Positions 63,092-64,000 of a stretch of 64,000 bases of DNA are shown one piece after another. A program made the position numbers and the translations under genes. Source of the DNA: Camelus dromedarius (lineage: Eukaryota); contig NC_087437.1 of assembly GCF_036321535.1 (NCBI RefSeq), positions 40,922,001-40,986,000 on the forward strand, given 5' to 3'. The notes under the pieces were generated by a model that was not told the DNA's origin, did no database searches, and saw nothing but the letters and a program-made list of their open reading frames with translations. Every line of letters starts with the position of its first letter. Positions within the stretch are counted from its first letter, which is position 1.

Positions 63092-64000
63092 CTACAGAAA
63101 GTTAATAATTATGACTCTCTACAATAATTTATTCACTTTACATACAAAATAAAAAATCTGTTATCAGTGCAATAATGTACAACATGTTGTGAGGCGATGT
63201 GTGTGTGTTTGTATATATAAAGTAGTGTAAGGTTCTAAAAAAAAAAAGTGCTTTAGTATCTACTGGATATACCCTTTTTTTCAACCAGGCTGTCTGAAGG
63301 GGAGTACTCTCATCAACTTGGTTAAAAACCAAGTTTCGTGAACTCCTATGGAAATTTTCCCTGTTCGTCATACAAGTGTCTCACAAGCACAAAACTCAAG
63401 ATTAAGTTCGACGTATATAGTGAGCTACTTAGTTTCCTTCATCAGAAGATTCTCCAAACCCTATTTTTGCAACTGGAAAAGATTAAAAGGATCAGCCTAC
63501 TTTCTACTACAAGTTAAACCTAAAAAATACCCACCAGGGATGGTGTGAACCTCTAACCAGGCCCACTGTGTTTGAGTTATCAAGAAAAGTTTTGTGGGCT
63601 TTTATTATTTTCCATACCACGAATCTTCAATTTTAAATTACCAGGTACTGTTTAACTGCTTCACTACTGCCATCCCCACTGCAGACGGGAAACAGGTAGT
63701 GCACCACTTAGTCCAAGCTCAATCACACGCCAGAACAGGATATTTCACCCACTTATGTCTACAGAATTCACTTCTTATGCTGCTATGGGTGAGGGAAAGG
63801 CAGGAGAGGTCTGACAGTAATTTTAATTTGAAAAATATGTGTAACTTAAAGTTTTCTAATCCCAAACCTTTTAGACCAATACCATAGAATAAGAATACTT
63901 AAGTAAAATCCACCCAAACAGCTACCGAAGCTTTCTTAGGCAGTGGAATAACTTGTGCCCCCAAAATTTATCCAAAACCTGGGACTGGAAATTAGGTTAA

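Noticed and set aside
1..64000. CRISPR arrays, operons, defence systems, intact provirus or transposase
   Set aside because: The sequence is mammalian; there are no regularly spaced repeat-spacer arrays and no long coding regions of these kinds.

Overview
Mammalian genomic DNA, most likely camelid (inferred from four Vic-1-like tRNA-derived SINEs). The only supportable protein-coding content is the 3' part of RPL22L1 (eL22-like 1) on the minus strand. Coding exons 2-4 lie at 63091-62999, 62830-62709 and 61285-61141, with GT-AG introns and a continuous reading frame. Exon 1 (start codon) lies beyond the right edge, and the ORF track misses the gene. The remaining ~61 kb is repeat-rich intergenic DNA downstream of the gene: L1 and L2 fragments, MIR, CR1/L3, MaLR/ERVL and ERV1 solo LTRs, MER5/MER20/MER47/MER53-type DNA transposons and microsatellites. 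Repeat subfamily names are from recall and many boundaries are approximate. The most interesting element is RPL22L1 intron 2. It holds two tandem CUAGGG-loop-CCCUAG hairpins shaped like eL22-binding sites, overlapping an alternative 3' splice site exactly 67 nt upstream of exon 3; using that site gives a premature stop expected to trigger NMD. eL22 control of RPL22L1 is broadly known, but the element can be resolved here at base level. Also notable are a strong CTCF motif in a CpG-retaining patch (~22.96 kb), short CpG-dense patches partly derived from ancient MIRs, and several nested or TSD-flanked insertions. I found no evidence for a wholly new gene system.
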